A DNA stretch of 50,965 nucleotides from a virus (taxonomy: Duplodnaviria; Caudoviricetes): the IMG/VR virus record IMGVR_UViG_3300037420_002479, positions 1 through 50,965 of that record. One strand, given 5' to 3'. Made by a program: the position numbers and the translations under genes. This document shows, one piece after another, positions 47,855 to 50,965 of this stretch (its first letter is position 1; every line of letters starts with the position of its first letter). The notes under the pieces are model-generated. The model was given only the letters and a program-made list of their open reading frames with translations, had not been told where the DNA came from and ran no database searches.

Positions 47855-48468
47855 TGCAGACCGGATATGCTGTGAGCACTGCTGCTGACCTAAGAGCCAT
47901 TCCTGCGAACCGTCGCACGGATGGGATGGCAAAAACGATTGTTGCTAAGAAAAAGTGGTATCAGTACGATGCGACCATCACTGGAGTGACCGACGACGGC
48001 GACACAATTCTGATTCCAGATGACAGTGTGGGAGCATGGCTGGTCATGCATCCCAGCTCTGGCAGTGGAGGGGGAGGGGGCGGAGCCGTTGCCACGGTGC
48101 AGAACGGAAAGCCCACAGGGGCAGCGGACACAGGAACGATCGTGGCGGACAGTAGAAGCGATCGGGGGATTCTGTGGACGAAAACCGCGTCAGACTGGCA
48201 AGTGTTTGGATTTAGACCGATTTATCGCAGTGTTGCCCGTAGCGTAATTTCTAACGACTACAGCGACTCGATCGATCTGTATATCAACACCATTACACCT
48301 GATTTTCCGGGTCAGCTTTTAGTGGTGTATGAGCCTTACGATGTGGGCGATACGTCGCAAATGTATGTGTATTACCGCATTGCGTTACCTGAAATTGTGA
48401 CAACTCGCACCAGCGGTGAGTTTATCTGGGTTGAGTTGGTAACGCCTCAGTCGTTTATCGAGCTATGA
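47854..48468 (+). CDS. Tail fibre / receptor-binding-like protein
   Basis: ADLRAIP...DDGDTILIP...GAW N-terminal module, Gly linker. Confidence 0.6.
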   Translation: MQTGYAVSTAADLRAIPANRRTDGMAKTIVAKKKWYQYDATITGVTDDGDTILIPDDSVGAWLVMHPSSGSGGGGGGAVATVQNGKPTGAADTGTIVADSRSDRGILWTKTASDWQVFGFRPIYRSVARSVISNDYSDSIDLYINTITPDFPGQLLVVYEPYDVGDTSQMYVYYRIALPEIVTTRTSGEFIWVELVTPQSFIEL

Positions 48469-49832
48469 CCGATCCGATCCAACTGATTCGTCAAACGCAG
48501 GCTGAAAATCAGCTTCAGTATGCCGAGCAACAGGAGCGGCAACAGCGGATCGATCAGCAGCGATCGAAGAGCTATAAATATCAGGGATATAACGCGGAGA
48601 CAGGACAATCGATCGTCAGTAATGGCGATGACACGGTTAATGTCAATGGCAGCAACACCAACGGACTGATTAAACCAAATCAGTCTGTGAAGTATTTGCA
48701 ATCGGGAAATCAGAACTCGATCGACCAAACACCCCGACCCAAACAGCAAGAAACTCAGACAGCATCGAGCGTGAGCGGCAAAATCAAAGTGCTGTTTACC
48801 ATTGCCGAATCTGATCACGTTAGCGTCTATGTGGGTGGCTGGAAGCAATCACCAATTAAGATTGCCGAGTACCCCACAGGAACGGGCATTAGCAAGGTAC
48901 GGCTCAATAATTTAGGGGGAGATCGCTTTATTGCCAGTTGGCTAGTCGGTCGGGATGGGCAAGTGATTGATGCAGTAGTGCGAACCAATAGCGGCGGATG
49001 GACACTAAAAGAACTGCATCCTGACGCTGATATCCCAACCCTATTTCCGCCCTTTGGAAGCGATCATTTAGGGCAAAATCTAGGTTTTGGGGTGTGGACG
49101 TTTGAAACGCTAGGCATGGGGGTTGGCTCGTTCCCTGATGTCACGTCTAACAGCACGCGCGGCATTTGGTATCGAGATGTTTTGCGATCCGAGGATTATG
49201 TCGATCGTATTATCAACACCGACCAGTATGAAGACTCTAGCTCAGAGGGCAAAATCTTTGTGCTGCCGGAGAGATCGGAAACCGTGTCAATGTCCAGCAG
49301 ATTGCCTAATACAGGGGCAGATCAGACTGTCTTTTATCGCAATGTTTTGGTTTCCAATGCCTTTTTGATTAACTCATCTCTGACGCAATCCTACGGCTAT
49401 CGGTATCACACCACCCAAACCAATGCGAATGGTCGCCAGTTGCAGATTCAGGGGGATAGCGGCGTGATTCTGTTTGGTGCAGAGCGCGATCGATTGCTGC
49501 TCTCTGGATTATTTGATGACACCAGCTTTAGACAGCTCGGAGACAACAGCGCCTATAACTCGCTTGTTTCAGTGAATTGGGTGGGAGAGAAATTGCTCAC
49601 CGTACCTGCATTTCTAGATGGCACTACGCTGAACTTTGCGTTTGATCAGCCTGCGAAGTTTAAACAAGCGATCGACCTGTTTGTGGTTGAGAGTGATTTC
49701 GCCGCGATCGGGAATTTGGGCTTTGTGCAGATTCCCGAATCACGGCGGTTTAAAGCAAAAATCTATCCGCTCAAATCAGGACTGAACGTAGATAAGACAA
49801 CGATTTTCACCGCATCCTATCACCCCAACTGA
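48465..49832 (+). CDS. Putative tail structural protein
   Basis: ATGA-coupled; N-terminus paralogous to the 49836 ORF. Confidence 0.55.
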   Translation: MTDPIQLIRQTQAENQLQYAEQQERQQRIDQQRSKSYKYQGYNAETGQSIVSNGDDTVNVNGSNTNGLIKPNQSVKYLQSGNQNSIDQTPRPKQQETQTASSVSGKIKVLFTIAESDHVSVYVGGWKQSPIKIAEYPTGTGISKVRLNNLGGDRFIASWLVGRDGQVIDAVVRTNSGGWTLKELHPDADIPTLFPPFGSDHLGQNLGFGVWTFETLGMGVGSFPDVTSNSTRGIWYRDVLRSEDYVDRIINTDQYEDSSSEGKIFVLPERSETVSMSSRLPNTGADQTVFYRNVLVSNAFLINSSLTQSYGYRYHTTQTNANGRQLQIQGDSGVILFGAERDRLLLSGLFDDTSFRQLGDNSAYNSLVSVNWVGEKLLTVPAFLDGTTLNFAFDQPAKFKQAIDLFVVESDFAAIGNLGFVQIPESRRFKAKIYPLKSGLNVDKTTIFTASYHPN

Positions 49833-49835
49833 CCT

Positions 49836-50111
49836 ATGGACGCTCTCAAACTGATTCAACAAACGCAGGCAGAGAACCGTTTCGCCTATGCCAAGAAACT
49901 TCAGGCAGAGCGAGATGCTGACGACGCGAAACAGCAATTTAGTGGACGAATTTTGGGCAGCAATGCGGAGTTAGGAGCAACGATGGTGCAACTCGATAGC
50001 GGTGGAACCATTGCCTGTCAAAGCGTCACCAATGGCAATTTGAAAGCCGGATCACGAGCGATCGTCACCCTCAACGGCTCGAAAGCGTGGGTGGATGGGA
50101 TGCCGCATTAA
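49836..50111 (+). CDS. Small protein paralogous to the N-terminus of 48465..49832
   Basis: LIQQTQAEN..YA vs LIRQTQAEN..YA; TNG.LK vs TNGLIK. Confidence 0.6.
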   Translation: MDALKLIQQTQAENRFAYAKKLQAERDADDAKQQFSGRILGSNAELGATMVQLDSGGTIACQSVTNGNLKAGSRAIVTLNGSKAWVDGMPH

Positions 50112-50616
50112 CTAGGGAGATGGGCTTTAACTCTCGGGGCAAGTAGAGGGGATGTTGGGGTGATCCGCCCTTGGTGAGCTTGAGGCAGTAAAGATTTGAG
50201 AGCATGTTGATCACTTGAGCATCTCTGTTAAGGTGCTTACCGTGACAGCCCCAAGCGGCAATCACCATCTCTGCCTGAGTTGCATGATCAACTAGATATT
50301 GATCGTTCTCCAATCCGATAGGCTCAGGCTCGGCAAACATATCTTTCGGGTTTGTCGCCCTGTACGAAAATAGGTTTGTCATACAAAGCCCTGAATATCC
50401 CAAATCGCGAGCAAAACCAATGCAGCGGCGAACGGTCGGATCATTGATTCGCTCATCTGCTGTAGATGGATTCAAACCTATAAACATTAAATAATTTGCC
50501 GCCCAATTTTCAGCCCACCCCCGCCATAAAACATAACGATATTTTCGGCATGGAGAAAACACAGCGCTACTCACTTGTGTTTGAGCCTCAGTGTCAAAAA
50601 TTGATGGCTGCCTCAT
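50071..50616 (-). CDS. DUF1643 domain protein
   Basis: YRYVL.R.W, FIGLNPSTAD, DPTVRRC..FA, NLFSYRAT.P, AAWG, P.HPLY. Confidence 0.88.
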   Translation of the reverse strand: MRQPSIFDTEAQTQVSSAVFSPCRKYRYVLWRGWAENWAANYLMFIGLNPSTADERINDPTVRRCIGFARDLGYSGLCMTNLFSYRATNPKDMFAEPEPIGLENDQYLVDHATQAEMVIAAWGCHGKHLNRDAQVINMLSNLYCLKLTKGGSPQHPLYLPRELKPISLVNAASHPPTLSSR

Positions 50617-50965
50617 TGAATGGAAAATCCTTAGTGACTGATATTACTTTACTTGCCCCGTGGGAAACATGCAGTAGTTTGCTGGACGCCCCATGCCTGA
50701 AGGATTTATCAAGCAAATTGGAAAGCGCAAGTTGCTCCGATATCCCACGATCGAGGAGATTGAGGGGTTATCTGATGCGTTGAATTCTGCCCAATCAGCA
50801 GAAACAGATAATGCATGCCTGATTGGGCAGCCGCTGTATTTACAGCGAATTTCAAGTAAATAGACCGCAGTGATTGAACCAACCGATGGCATCATCTTCA
50901 GTGATGTAATCGACTGCTTCAGTCATCGCTTGGTCGAGAGCTTCATAGGTACGAGTCGCTTTGGA

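Larger units (their letters stand above)
1..50965. mobile_element. Prophage / temperate siphovirus-like genome segment from a cyanobacterial host (ends not in window)
   Basis: Syntenic terminase-portal-protease-capsid-neck-tail tube-chaperone-TMP-tail tip genes; no tail sheath recognised; many HIP1 GCGATCGC sites. Confidence 0.93.

Noticed and set aside
1-50965. Frequent GCGATCGC / CGATCG as a phage-specific repeat; many short antisense ORFs in the track
   Set aside because: GCGATCGC is the known cyanobacterial HIP1 element; the antisense ORFs are shadows of long genuine genes

Overview
This window is the late and structural half of a temperate siphovirus-like prophage (or phage-plasmid) from a cyanobacterial host; the HIP1 octamer GCGATCGC is frequent. 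Gene order: SigB/F-type sigma factor, DUF3102, DNA methyltransferase, tyrosine recombinase, terS/terL, portal, DUF2213 protease, capsid genes, neck genes, tail tube (split by a 226-nt group I intron), G/GT-type tail chaperone with a -1 frameshift, M15 peptidase, a 3549-aa tape measure protein (TMP) and distal tail genes. Main discovery: a ~12-kb island associated with a duplicated TMP 3' end carries a minus-strand module of a stand-alone Cas7/RAMP-like gene (34622-35239), a non-CRISPR array of three (G-G/T-Y + NN) pentamer tracts separated by 41-nt constant repeats (34278-34615), and an HNH nuclease (33988-34287). When the variable NN dinucleotides are read as codon positions 1-2 with every third base skipped, all three tracts decode to segments of the TMP gene (ALVKATE.AKL.EL, QIASKG.VQAEEL, L.RQLQ.EFAGSA). 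The resident TMP differs from the guides mostly by Leu/Ser/Arg codon-family swaps. An orphan TMP 3' copy (40851-42554) begins inside the guide-1 site. This points to a gapped-code RNA-guided anti-phage and/or homing system. Product names are from motif recognition only; no database searches were run.
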